Shown in pieces: positions 52,530 to 64,000 of a DNA stretch of 64,000 nt. The translations under genes were made by a program, and so were the position numbers. Where the stretch lies: positions 124,001 to 188,000 of the forward strand of contig RHPI01000140.1 of the NCBI GenBank assembly GCA_009103225.1, read 5' to 3'. Within the stretch, counting starts at the first letter, position 1. The number at the start of each line of letters is the position of its first letter. Origin of the DNA: Chlorokybus atmophyticus. Its lineage: Eukaryota > Plantae > Mesostigma and Chlorokybus algae. Below the pieces are notes generated by a model. It was not told the origin of the DNA. It worked only from the letters and a program-made list of their open reading frames with translations, and made no database searches.

Positions 52530-53700
52530 GTGTTTGTAGAGGTTAATACGGCAATTAGGTCCAAAGTTGTATGTAATCATCTGGCAACCAACCGCGGCCT
52601 TGCATTCTACTTATGTGACTCCTATATATGCTCATTAAGATTTATGCGAAGCATTGAAATGTTTGTTCGAGTAAGGCATGTAATCAAGATGGCGCTCATT
52701 GGATTAGCACTATTAACATTTTCCACCTTCAAGCCTCTTAGGAGGTCTGCACCATCTATTACTCATGAAGTGTGTTTGATGTTGCACTGTGCTTGGTGCT
52801 GCATGCACAAAAAAGCCATCTCATTTAAGTTAAATGCATCCAATCGGATGAAGAGTTGCTGTTGGTAGCCGACGCGACGGCACTAATTTTAGACAAACAA
52901 TGTTCAGGTAGCGTCGCGTCGGTCTGTCAGTTGAAATATGAGTTACATGGTGTAACCTTTTACCACAATCATACTTTCACACGCGTTGTCATTTCACGCA
53001 ACCGTAACATTAAATTTGCTCATTTAAAGCTAAACAATTTGCCTTTTTACCCCAACATTTCCTTGAGGCCAATCAATTATGCAGCAACCGTCAACCCCAT
53101 TGTTTCAAAATGAGAGTGTTCCACTAGGTCACATCAGCAAAAGGCGCTATTGATTGAGGATTTCATATGGATTGCAGCTACAATCGTAACACATACCAAG
53201 TTTCTAAAAGTGTCTTTAAAGAGTTTGCAACATAAACAGCCCAAGTTCATCACGTGCGGTTGCTTAAGCCATGTTGTCAATTTAATCGTCACAAAGTAAA
53301 CACCGGCAATCATAGGCTAATAATCAAGGGCCGCAATGGTTATCCAGTATCCTAACGATGCATCAAGCCGCACGCTGTACTCGATTAAGCAACTGCCATC
53401 GTACGTTGCACGTTGTTGGCAGGAGACATATGTGTTATACATGTTGAATGCATGTCACAGATTAATCATGATATGGAGTTATCATGCAAGACACGGTTTT
53501 TAATAATTGCAACTATTGCACTCTACAAGCCTGTCCGCCAACAACTATAAAAGCTAGCTTGCAATCAATGCATTACATCTTTTGTTCCTGACCATGAGGG
53601 TATTTGCAATACCGTGCGCTTACGCACGGAGCACATCAAGGCCAACTTGCAGGATGACTCTTGCTGTCCATTGTTAAGCAGCTCATGTTTTTCATGTGGA
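52530..53700 (+). mobile_element. hAT-family transposase remnant
   Basis: IAATIVTH...KQPKFITCGCLSHVVNLIV (like IVTDNA...C..H.LNL), a TRF motif near 53490, and an upstream GLAFY segment. A possible dimerization-domain remnant (PNLAIIALR) lies at ~56910-56990. Confidence 0.55.
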
Positions 53701-53707
53701 TGTAAAG

Positions 53708-55903
53708 TGTCACGATTTGGGATAAATTGTGACAGACCTCACTGATGGTAGCGTCTTTTGCTACCATAGCCTAGTGGTTGGAGCCCATATGTTTAAAAAT
53801 TAGAAGTGAATGCTTGTGTGCTGGTACATGTGGAATATAACATGCTTACCAATGTGTTGCATGCATTGACTGAGTTGCAAAATACAAAACTTTGGGTATG
53901 GTGGTGACTCACCATCATCGGATGATGCCTAGGTATCATGGCCCATGGTTAAAGCACACTCGGGGGGGGGGGGGGGGGGGGGGNNNNNNNNNNNNNNNNN
54001 NNNNNNNNNNNNNNNNNNNNNNNNNNNNNNNNNNNNNNNNNNNNNNNNNNNNNNNNNNNNNNNNNNNNNNNNNNNNNNNNNNNNNNNNNNNNNNNNNNNN
54101 NNNNNNNNNNNNNNNNNNNNNNNNNNNNNNNNNNNNNNNNNNNNNNNNNNNNNNNNNNNNNNNNNNNNNNNNNNNNNNNNNNNNNNNNNNNNNNNNNNNN
54201 NNNNNNNNNNNNNNNNNGGGGGGGGGGGGGGGGGTCTTGTGCTGAGCATCTTAGCAAGCGTGCAACAGGGACATTGCGATTGTCAGCAATATTGATCAAC
54301 CCTTGCATTAGTTATGGACTCTTAGCTACATTTTAAGGACGGGTGGTACCTCTGTTATGAACATTCGGTGGCACAACGTAGGGTGTAAACAGTTTGTTCT
54401 TGATTAACACTGGTGCAACACACAATTTTGTTAAAGCACAATGGGTTGTGCGCGACAAGATAGCGTGTAAATCCTCAGCATTTTCAGCTGCCGGTGCCGG
54501 GGGTGCGTTGCCAGTAAAAGGGGAAATAATAATAAAGGTTAGAATTGGCACTGATCATGCCACTCTTACTTTCATAGCAGTATCCATCAACATATCAGGT
54601 GTGATGTGGTATTAGGACAGGAATGGCAGGAAAATGTTAAAATGACATTGGACACTGGCGCACGCTTGTGCACAGTAAAGAAAGGTTGTAAGCCTTACGC
54701 ACGGCGTGTAACATTGTTAATGAAAGAGTTGCATAGCTTGCAGCACAAGCAGCCAGACCCTGCGCTACTCACTGCACTGCAAGTGAAATGTGCTTTGCGC
54801 AAAAACACATCGGCTTTGCTGGTACACGACTTTGTGCCGGGCAATGCAGAAGGTGTTGTAGACATTATTGACAAGCACCAAGATGTCTTCTTAGATGAGT
54901 TGCCAGGCTTATCTTCTGATCGAGGTGTCAGACACATAATACCATTCATTCCTAATAGTGAGCTTCCGTCTCGGCATGTATGTAGGTTGAGCCCCAGAGA
55001 AAGGGGGGAACTGAAAACTCGAATCAGGAAGTAACTAGAAAAGGGATTGATTGAACCGAGTTCTTCACCCTTTTGCGCGCCCATCTTGCTTGAGATGAAA
55101 AAAAATGGAAAGCTGCTCATATGTGTGGATTATCGTGTTCTGAACAGATATATGATAAAAAATCGATACCCGTTGCCCGGATTGATGATGTGTTTGAAAA
55201 ATTGTCGGCGAATGCGTACTTTACGCTGGACTTGACAAGTGGGTATCATCAGATCCGGATTCATCCTTCTGATGTTTACAAGACAGCATTACGAACACCT
55301 TTAGACCATTATCAATGCAAAATGTTACCTTTTGGATTGATTAATGCACCTGCACTGTTTCAGAAAGACGTAGATTTAATCTTCTGCTTCGGCAGTTGCC
55401 CCTGGTAGCGGAGGTGAGGATGGCGTGGCTGGAGGTGGTGTTGGGGTAGGGGATTGAAGGGAGGAGCTAGCAGCCCCTCACCTTACGATGGTATTAGAGC
55501 TTGACGTCTCAGGTTCAATTCCCGTAGGGGACCGAAGCAGATGCAAGGGCAAAGATACATTTGATTTGCGGCTTGCCCTAGGCTGGGCGCAGATTCGCAA
55601 CCTGCACGCCAAGCCAAATTGACCTATGGCCGCGTGAGCGGTTGCGCCGCGATAGCAAGTCGCGGTGAGGATGGCCGCTGCAGTTCCGTCGGTTATGACT
55701 GTTCGTAGGCCGGATTCAAAAGGCCGCGTGTGGATTGGTCGTGGTACGGCTGTGACCACGGTGATGTGGGCTCGTAAGTGCTTCATTGGATAACGAGGAA
55801 CCCGTGGGGAGGAATGTCACGATTTTGGATATATTGTGACATACGTCAACAACGGTAGCGTATACTGCTACCATAGCCTAGTGGTCGGAGCCCTCTTGTT
55901 ACA
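53708..55903 (+). mobile_element. Ty3/gypsy LTR retrotransposon remnant: ~89-bp LTR-like repeats (53708-53796, 55815-55903), protease and partial RT
   Basis: Both repeats start TGTCACG and share ctaccatagcctagtggt.ggagccc; the 3' copy ends TTGTTACA and follows a purine tract (ggggaggaa). Internally FLINTGATHNFV (protease), IEPSSSPFCAPIL, CVDYRVLN, RYPLP/RIDD, LDLTSGYHQIRI, PFGLINAPALFQ. It is truncated before YxDD, contains a gap and has no TSD. Confidence 0.8.
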
Positions 55904-58146
55904 TGGAGGACTACACCTGCATGAGGTGCCGGTAGTCAAAGAAGTACACCGACGGTCAATTTGTCACTACAATTGATTAGATCACAAACTTCTTACGATT
56001 TATATAAAACATATGGCGGCAAAAGGGGCACGCAAACAAATAAGGCGCTTCGATCACGAAGCTGATTACTGTGATAAGTGACATGGCAAGTTTAGCTTTT
56101 TGGTTGTTCACTCATAGCTTTACATCGCTTGCTCAAGTTGCATGTATACGTGCATACGATTTTGCTCGACTGATCACTGATGATACGAGCAAAACCCTAT
56201 GCATGTGTAGAATCAAACACCAATTGATAGCTGGCAGCTACTGATTGGCAATAATTCTAGTCAGCAACTATTGTTAAAATGCAAGTCGGCTGAGTTTTAG
56301 CGCTTTTGCCCGTGGCGCACAATGTTGCCATAAAGCGGATCCTCCCCCACTGGAAATAACAAAAAGGGCGCGTTGTGCCAAATCTGGTGGATGTTGCAGG
56401 AACATACCGTCAACTCCGGCGCATGTTGGAGCTGCAAGGCATGGAGGAGGTTAACGGTTTGGCATGACATTTTTGCAACATGATTAGGGAATATTAAAAT
56501 CTCAATGTATGGATTGTTCAGCGTGTCGTCTACATAAGGCGCAATGATGCATATTTTGCAATGGACACAATGATCTTTACTGTGGATGCCGTATGTCACA
56601 TGAATCATCTATGTAGTATAGTAGTAATTGCTTAACAGAGTCTAGCACACGGGTGCATCCCACAAGTAAACATGTCGATCGTAAAGGAAAACTGGCATGA
56701 TGGCTTCATTTTTACGCTGAGTTAAGTCCAAATCATTATTAGGTCATAAATAACATCATGCAATGTGGTCGCGCATCGGCAGAGGCTTTGCTACCGACAT
56801 GACGCTGCAATAAACCATGTGTCATATGCTTGTGTGCTTGTATTGACACTGTGCATACGGTATGCACGTGAACTCATAATATGACTATTTTTGCGGAAGC
56901 TGATGCATAAGGAAAACAACCCGAACTTGGCTATCATTGCTCTTCGCCACGCAATAACGTTTGCAAAAACGCCATACAGTAGGGCATACGTTCTCACGCG
57001 CTACGTATTCAGCCTAGCTACATCACTTTCATGGCAAGTGCATGGTTGGAAGACTATGGCAACGAGTGCCCAGCACTGCGAAAGCTGGCACAGAGATCGT
57101 GAGCATCTACCCCCGGGGTGGATACTTAGAGAGCCACTCTACAGCTGGTCTGTAGCTGGAGAAAGGATTTGTGCCGCATGGTCCACTACCTAGTTAAAGC
57201 GCTAAGATGCTTTGTTATTATGACGAGTGGGCATGTTAGGCCATGTGTATTGTAATTGTCGCATATCAACACGGTGCAGGCTTGACTACACCGCGGACAT
57301 AGCATGAGTTGACTTTTTCAAGTACGTTTGTGGAGCACTTGCGAAACATGCCCAATAGCACTAATGTTTAAATGATGCGCTTGATCCCTGAGCAATGATT
57401 TCATTCTCTAATTCAATGAGGTGGCATGGTTATGTCAATTAAGCTTCTGCTATTTGCAATGCATTAAATGACTTGGCTATCACACAAGGTATGCAGCAGA
57501 CTTACAGATGCATTTTGCACATGTTGCCATACAGTGCTTTTTGTGCATAAGTCTTTTTGTGTGCATGAACAGACATTATAATTGCATTATAATTATAATA
57601 TAATCTGATGTAATCACGCACAACATCGCATCGAGCACATTAACATATGCTTTAAGAAGACAAGCTCAAGAGAATTATTTGGCGCTCGTATTTTATGGTC
57701 CATAACATATACAACAGAATGTATTAATTATTATTTGATTAATGATGCCTCACACCCTCTCGCACATCAATTTACAGAGGGATCAATCATACTCACAAAT
57801 CGGTTAAAAGTTGAATATCATAACTAAACTCGCGACTTATGATTAACAACATAAAATGACATATATATAACTTGTATATATATCAGTCATAACTCATGAC
57901 TTGTGACCAGGACTGCAGCTAGGGATTTGAAGCACAAGCCAATGTGGCATCTTTATGTCACGCTTTACGTGACAACCAGCCAATTAGTGGCTAATTTGTT
58001 TGTATGGTAGCATTTTTGCTAGCCACCCGCGTGCTTATATGTGCTACTTGCACGGCGGTGCAGTGTGGCCGGTAGTTTAGCCGGCAGCGTCGGCAGTGCC
58101 GGCCCCGCCGGTCGGCCTAGTCCTGAAGGGGCAGCCGTGGCTTATC

Positions 58147-58825
58147 CCGTCAAGACTTGGAATAAGCATCGGCCACTGTGTGGCCATTAAGGCTTAACCG
58201 TTAAGTAGCTTTTTCTTAGACTGTTGCGGGCCTATGAACAGCTTAGGGGCAAAGCCCTCAAAACGGCCAGTCCTTGCGTTGTCCGGGTCTGCGCTAGTGC
58301 AGCGCGGTCATCAGTGACCGGCGCTGAGTCGGCGTGGATATTGGTGTGATGGGTCCAGCGAGTCGGCATCGACCGACTGTTGGGATTTGCATAGACAGTG
58401 CCTGACAGGGTTATGACAGGCTGCCTTTGTCGACGCTGACGGCGGCAATTCAACATGCTCCTCCTCAATGGATCCCAACTGATAGACGACACCCGCTTTG
58501 ACGACCGCCGACAAAAGTGCTCGTAGTCTGGCGTGGTCACGCGGATCAGCACCGACAAACCACACCGGTCCGCGCAGACTCGTGCACGGTCAGCAACAGC
58601 GGTCACCGTAGACTCTCGACGTCCAAAACCCCCACGTCGGCGCAGACCGGAATAGCCGGCCAGCGACCCGGACAACCCAAGGAAATGAGGCTTTGCCCCT
58701 CGGCTGTGAAGTGGCTCTAGGGCAAAACCTGTGAACGACCGGTACACGCCAAATTGTCAGCACGAGACTTGAAATACTGGCCACGGTGGCTGTCTACAGC
58801 CAGTAATTATGTGGCGCTTGTGACA
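58147..58825. other. GC-rich fold-back element with nested inverted repeats, a 71-bp TGTCA...TGACA unit and a PBS-like site
   Basis: Stems 58238-58260/58686-58707, 58271-58289/58665-58683 and 58328-58337/58632-58641. An LTR-like unit spans 58755-58825, with minus-strand TGGCGTGTACC adjacent. Confidence 0.5.
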
Positions 58826-59282
58826 ACTACCGTACTCGTGGTAATCTCATAACTGTCATGAACTGGGTGCATTATGCGGCATTGCATGGGCACAATCTAT
58901 GCCCATGCAAGGTGCATGATGCAACCCAACTTGCATGGAACCGTCAGATTGGAAGTCCCAACGGCTGCCAATGTGCGTCTCGAGCCGCGCTCACAGATCT
59001 CAGCCAATCCGATGAGCAGGCCAACGGGCCAAAACCTTGCCGCGAGCGTCAGATTCAAAATTTCAGCTGCTGATGCCCCGCCGCGCCTGTCCGTGGCTAG
59101 CCCGCAACGTGCGTCACTGCGCGCGCCGTTGAGGCGCCGATATCGACAACTGATGTTCTATCATCGGCATATAAGCAGTGTTTGAAATTTGCTCTGCAAT
59201 TAGGGTTTTGCTGTGTTGTTCGCGGCGTGGGCGGCGGGATTGTGGTTGTCGTCGTCGTCGTCTTGTTGTTTTAGCAGTTGCC

Positions 59283-59960
<678 letters not shown>

Positions 59961-61334
59961 AACTGCGCTCTAATTGCCATACACAAGAAGCTGCCAAAGG
60001 GCAGCTGCTCAGCCCTGGCGGGGAGGGGACTATCTGTCCTCTGCCAATCCGCCCACAAAATGGTGTTTCATTAAACACCACCCTTCTTCCCGGAAGCCTG
60101 TCAGCTGTACATTAACATCTCCACTCCCAGGCTTGTGCATATGTCTATTGAATGAGCGATAAATGCTAGCTGTTGTGCGTCATCTGTACTGGAGGTCACG
60201 CACATGGCATGCTGACATGCCATGTGCGCAGCTGCGCAGTCGTTTTGCTGCACTGCAGGATAAGTGTTCAACAGCTTGTTAGCATGGTTACAACGACTAC
60301 AGCTTACTTAGCAACCTGCTGACATTGCATTTTTCTGCTGGTGCGTCGTCATTGTATGGCTTTTCAAATGCAACATGCTGCATCTGCTAGCTCTGAGGTT
60401 ATCTGTAAAGATACTTGTTAACTGCACTTTATTGTACTTTACCCAACAATGGCAATTGCAGTCTGCTGCAAAATTGTTCAAGAGTTGGGTCGCAGTATAC
60501 CACTTTCACTTTGACATTGGAGCTGTGGGCCGCAAGCATCAGGCGTTGTCCAAGTTATGCTGCTACTGGCGCCAATGGTTCACTTCACCACAATCACCCA
60601 AGCTGTAATGAGCTTGATCAGGGCACTGCAGATTGGACAAATGCACCCACTATCGGCCATGCAGTTGTACCCTGTCAGGCATACACTGAGCAAGTGCGGC
60701 AGAATAAGCTAGCATAAAGCAGCAGCTCTGCTTGGCACAGATATTTACACTAAGCACTTAGACCTCATAGCTGTTCAGCTCCAATGCTTCGCTTGTTTTG
60801 GGCGTGGCATTGCATAGGACAAGATTGAGAATGTATGGCACAGCCCATTTGATAAATGCACTGCGCGCATTGAATCTTGATGATTCAGTCTTACTGACAG
60901 ACCTTACAAACGGAGCATCCATCAGCAAAACCATTCAAGAGCAGAGTGAACCTTGCATCTCATACTACAAGTTGTGAAAGATTCATGACATGAGATTCAG
61001 GTAGCGGATGATAAGATGCATGAAATGGAAGCATGCTATGGTACACGGCTGCAAAACCAAATACACCTCTGCAATACCAGCTCACATACACATGTAGTCA
61101 CTAGTTTTTTGGCCTGCAGTGCGCCAATTCTACAATAAACAGTAGAGACGAATCCATCCCTATCGAAGAAGTAAACAATGTACAGGCCTAACAGGTCATC
61201 ACAGCGCCAATGTGCGCATGGCCTGAGAGCACTGTTGGTGAGAAGTCAGGAGCATCAAATGCATGACGCAACGATCGGCAATCTTGGTGCGGGCAGTGCT
61301 GGTGCTGTTTGGGGAAAGGCTTTTACAATCCAGT

Positions 61335-63642
61335 CTACCGTTGTGTGCTGCATGATGTTGAAGTTGGGTCCTTCTTGTAGTACACCACATCTCCGTGGTC
61401 ATTGACATAATGATCCTCAGAGAAGCTCCTGACGAGAGGCTGGAGCAAGTGCAATGGCAGCGGACCGGAAGATGGCTTCGGCTCGCGGTAGTATTCACCC
61501 ATAACTGTCTTGGCGCCCTTGGTCTGTAAACATCCAACACCCACATTCAACAATGGCTACTGATTGGACTTGCATTGTACACAACTGGAGCTATCACCTC
61601 AGCAGCGGCCCATAGTGCGCATGCAAGCTTACCGCATCGATCAAGTTGTAATGGGGGATCTGTGGGAAAATGTGATGGACCACATGCGTGCCAATGTCAT
61701 GGTGGATGTTGTTGAAGAGGCCATAGTCGCGGTCAATGGTTGAAAGCCCACCGCGCAGATAGCTCCACTCCTCACCACGGTACCACGGGACTCTAGGCGT
61801 GTTGTCCTCCGGTCCGTGATGATGCAAGTAGGTAACGGCATCAAGCCATATGACGTTGATCTGTGCATGTGAGCGGGTCAGCAACAAATTTCTTTCATAT
61901 CAGAAAGAGCTATGGGGTAGTGACCCACTTGCCACAACCAGTCTTGCTCGTTATTGACAGCTTGCAATCTTGCAGCAAAGACACTCACCCAGTAGGGGAC
62001 GATGTATGTCTTGAACAGCATGGCAGGTCCCTCCAGGAAGGCAAGAGCCGCCAAGATAACCCCCATACCAATCACCCAGTTCCTGGACTCGATTATGTCA
62101 TTGCGCTCGTTCTTGGCAAACAGCTTGCAGTGGGGGTCAAAGTGCGAGCCTGCCTGCTCAACGGAGCCAACAAACTGTACGTACAACAACGTACATCAGT
62201 CAGTGACTGACACTCAAGCCTAGCACTATCATGTATTGGTTTGGATGCTGTTGCACAGCAGGCTTGCACATACCAGGTAGAAAAGAGATATACAAACAGT
62301 GACCAGGGGAGTGCCAGCCCTGGCCCACGCTTCCATGCCCTGATACTGTGACTTGGTGATCTGTTACAACAGCCCAACTTTAGCACTGGCAAGTTGCACT
62401 ACAGTGGTGGCGATTCCACAGCACAAGTGTGACTTACCGGGGTCCATGACTCGTCGTTCTCCACGTGGCCATGGTTAGCATGGTGTGTGCGATGGCTAAT
62501 TCGCCTGTGTATAACTTCGTCAGCGCAATGCTTGTCTAATAATGCTTGTGAGGCGTTGAAGGCTTTGATGATGGACTAAAGGCATTCGATGCAGTTCTTA
62601 CCAGCCATGGAATGGTACAAGACTGGACGAGTGTGTCAGGTGCCCGACAAAGTTGTTTAATGCCTTGTTGTTGGAGAAGCTGCCATGGCCACTGCGTCCA
62701 AACCAGAGCTATCAGCATTCAACAAGTTACCAACGGCACAACAGTTTGCAAAGGCCTTATGCACATGAGTGGCGCAGCATCAGTAACTCACCAATCGTGT
62801 CCCACGACGAACAACGCCCAGAACATGGTGCCTTGCGCAATCCAGTACGCTGGCCACACCCACCAGCTGTTGATGTAAGCGGCAGCAGCAGCAAGAGCAC
62901 CTACATAGGCTACGTCGCGGAACATGTAAACCATAGACTTTGTTGTATCCTTCTGCCAGCATGCTTCGGGAATTGCTTTGCGCAAGTCTGTGAGGCCGAA
63001 GGGAGGAGCAGCGCCAGGGTCAAAACCTTCCGGCTCTTGAGAAACTTGTCTCAGCACAATTGTGGCATAAGGTATGACTTGACGCAACCAACACAACGCA
63101 TGAGATTGCACAGACAGCGGGAGAAACAGAAATGACCTTAAGACTGCCTCTAATGTGGCCTTCGGCATCAACAGGACAGCACGACAAAGTGCCAGTCGTG
63201 ATATGTTTAACCAAAATTTTAGCACAAGACTACCTCAACTCCATTTGCACTCAAACATATCCCTCCCTTTCAAACGTACATTCAGCAGATATTTAGTGCT
63301 GTGAGGTTGAATGTCTATGCGACAATGCCATTGTGGTGCTGCACTGTGACAGCAAGCAGACATCCATCGCACCATGCACAAAGCTTAGCTACCTGCGAGG
63401 GGTTTTGAGCGTCAAACATAGAGTCGGTCTTCGTGCAATGGCACGGCTGGGGGCACTGCAACCATGGCCACGGGCTTGCGCTGCAGGCGGCTGCTAAGGA
63501 GTCGTGCACCTCCATTGCAAGGGGACTTTCTGGGCCTCAACGCAGGCAGACCCCTTGATTGAGACAAAAGGCTGCTACTCCTGTGCCTCTGAGCAAACAG
63601 TGATGCCGACGACAGCCGCCCGTACTTTGTTGCCGCCGCCAT
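61335..63642 (-). CDS. FAD7: Plastid omega-3 fatty acid desaturase (FAD7-like), with two local reading-frame anomalies
   Basis: [84 protein letters not shown]; all three His boxes are intact and the N-terminus is transit-peptide-like. Confidence 0.9.
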
Positions 63643-64000
63643 GACAGTGGCAGTGTCACTTACACATCGCAGTGCCTACCCATTGTAGATAGCTTGAGCA
63701 GTTCAGTGCAGGCATGCGCACTGCGTTATGCCAGTGTTAAGATGCACCCGGGCAGCATTTAGACACCTGTTTTTGCGTTAAGGTTCTCGCGCTACTAGCC
63801 GCCGCATGCTCAGCTGGACAAGGCGACGTGGCACACTTCATAGCTCGCTTTCTCCATTAGCGCGCGTGCGCCCCCATTCGTCAAGCCTTCAATGACAGCA
63901 GCTTACAGTGCAGTTTAGCATCAACTGTTTACCCACAACGGCTGCGCACAGCTAGGCTTACCGTTCTGCCGGTTGTCAGCCGCAACCGGCCGAGCGCCTG

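Noticed and set aside
32361-54234. Poly-Pro/poly-Gly ORFs and poly-C/G tracts around N gaps
   Set aside because: Homopolymers flank every gap, which fits sequencing or scaffolding artefact; the ORFs are translations of those runs.
55470-55535. tRNA gene
   Set aside because: It has A/B-box-like words but no proper anticodon arm or T-stem pairing; it is better explained as a retroelement PBS region.
56780-56830. RHDAAIN as a TnpB/Fanzor RuvC-III or RLE-LINE motif
   Set aside because: The spacing does not fit RDxNAAxN, and no RuvC-I/II or zinc-finger motifs were found nearby.

Overview
Eukaryotic, intron-rich nuclear DNA from a green-lineage (Viridiplantae) alga, in the standard genetic code (TAA, TAG and TGA all end genes). 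A plant-like UDP-galactose transporter, tas-like AKR and FAD7, plus an LRRC45 basal-body protein, suggest a flagellate, possibly an early-diverging streptophyte such as Mesostigma (inference). I assembled spliced genes by hand from GT/GC-AG junctions, so exon limits are approximate. In order they are: WDR76/CMR1 (5' partial), an SRA/YDG protein without SET or RING domains, a duplicated orphan gene segment, a plastid aldo-keto reductase, a UDP-Gal/GONST5-like transporter, SSRP1, a truncated PA-domain gene, an acidic hypothetical protein, an Mx-like dynamin, a KRE6/SKN1 GH16 protein fused to two CBM4/9-like modules, LRRC45, an intron-containing histone H2B and an omega-3 desaturase. Mobile DNA comprises a decayed Naiad/Chlamys-type Penelope-like retroelement, a small MITE family, a hAT remnant, a Ty3/gypsy remnant with very short LTRs, and a fold-back element near 58.2-58.8 kb. 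Three N gaps and a single-N join carry poly-C/G flanks, so some adjacencies may be assembly artefacts. The best candidate for novelty is the secreted or GPI-anchored KRE6-GH16 + Cys repeat + 2xCBM4 protein.
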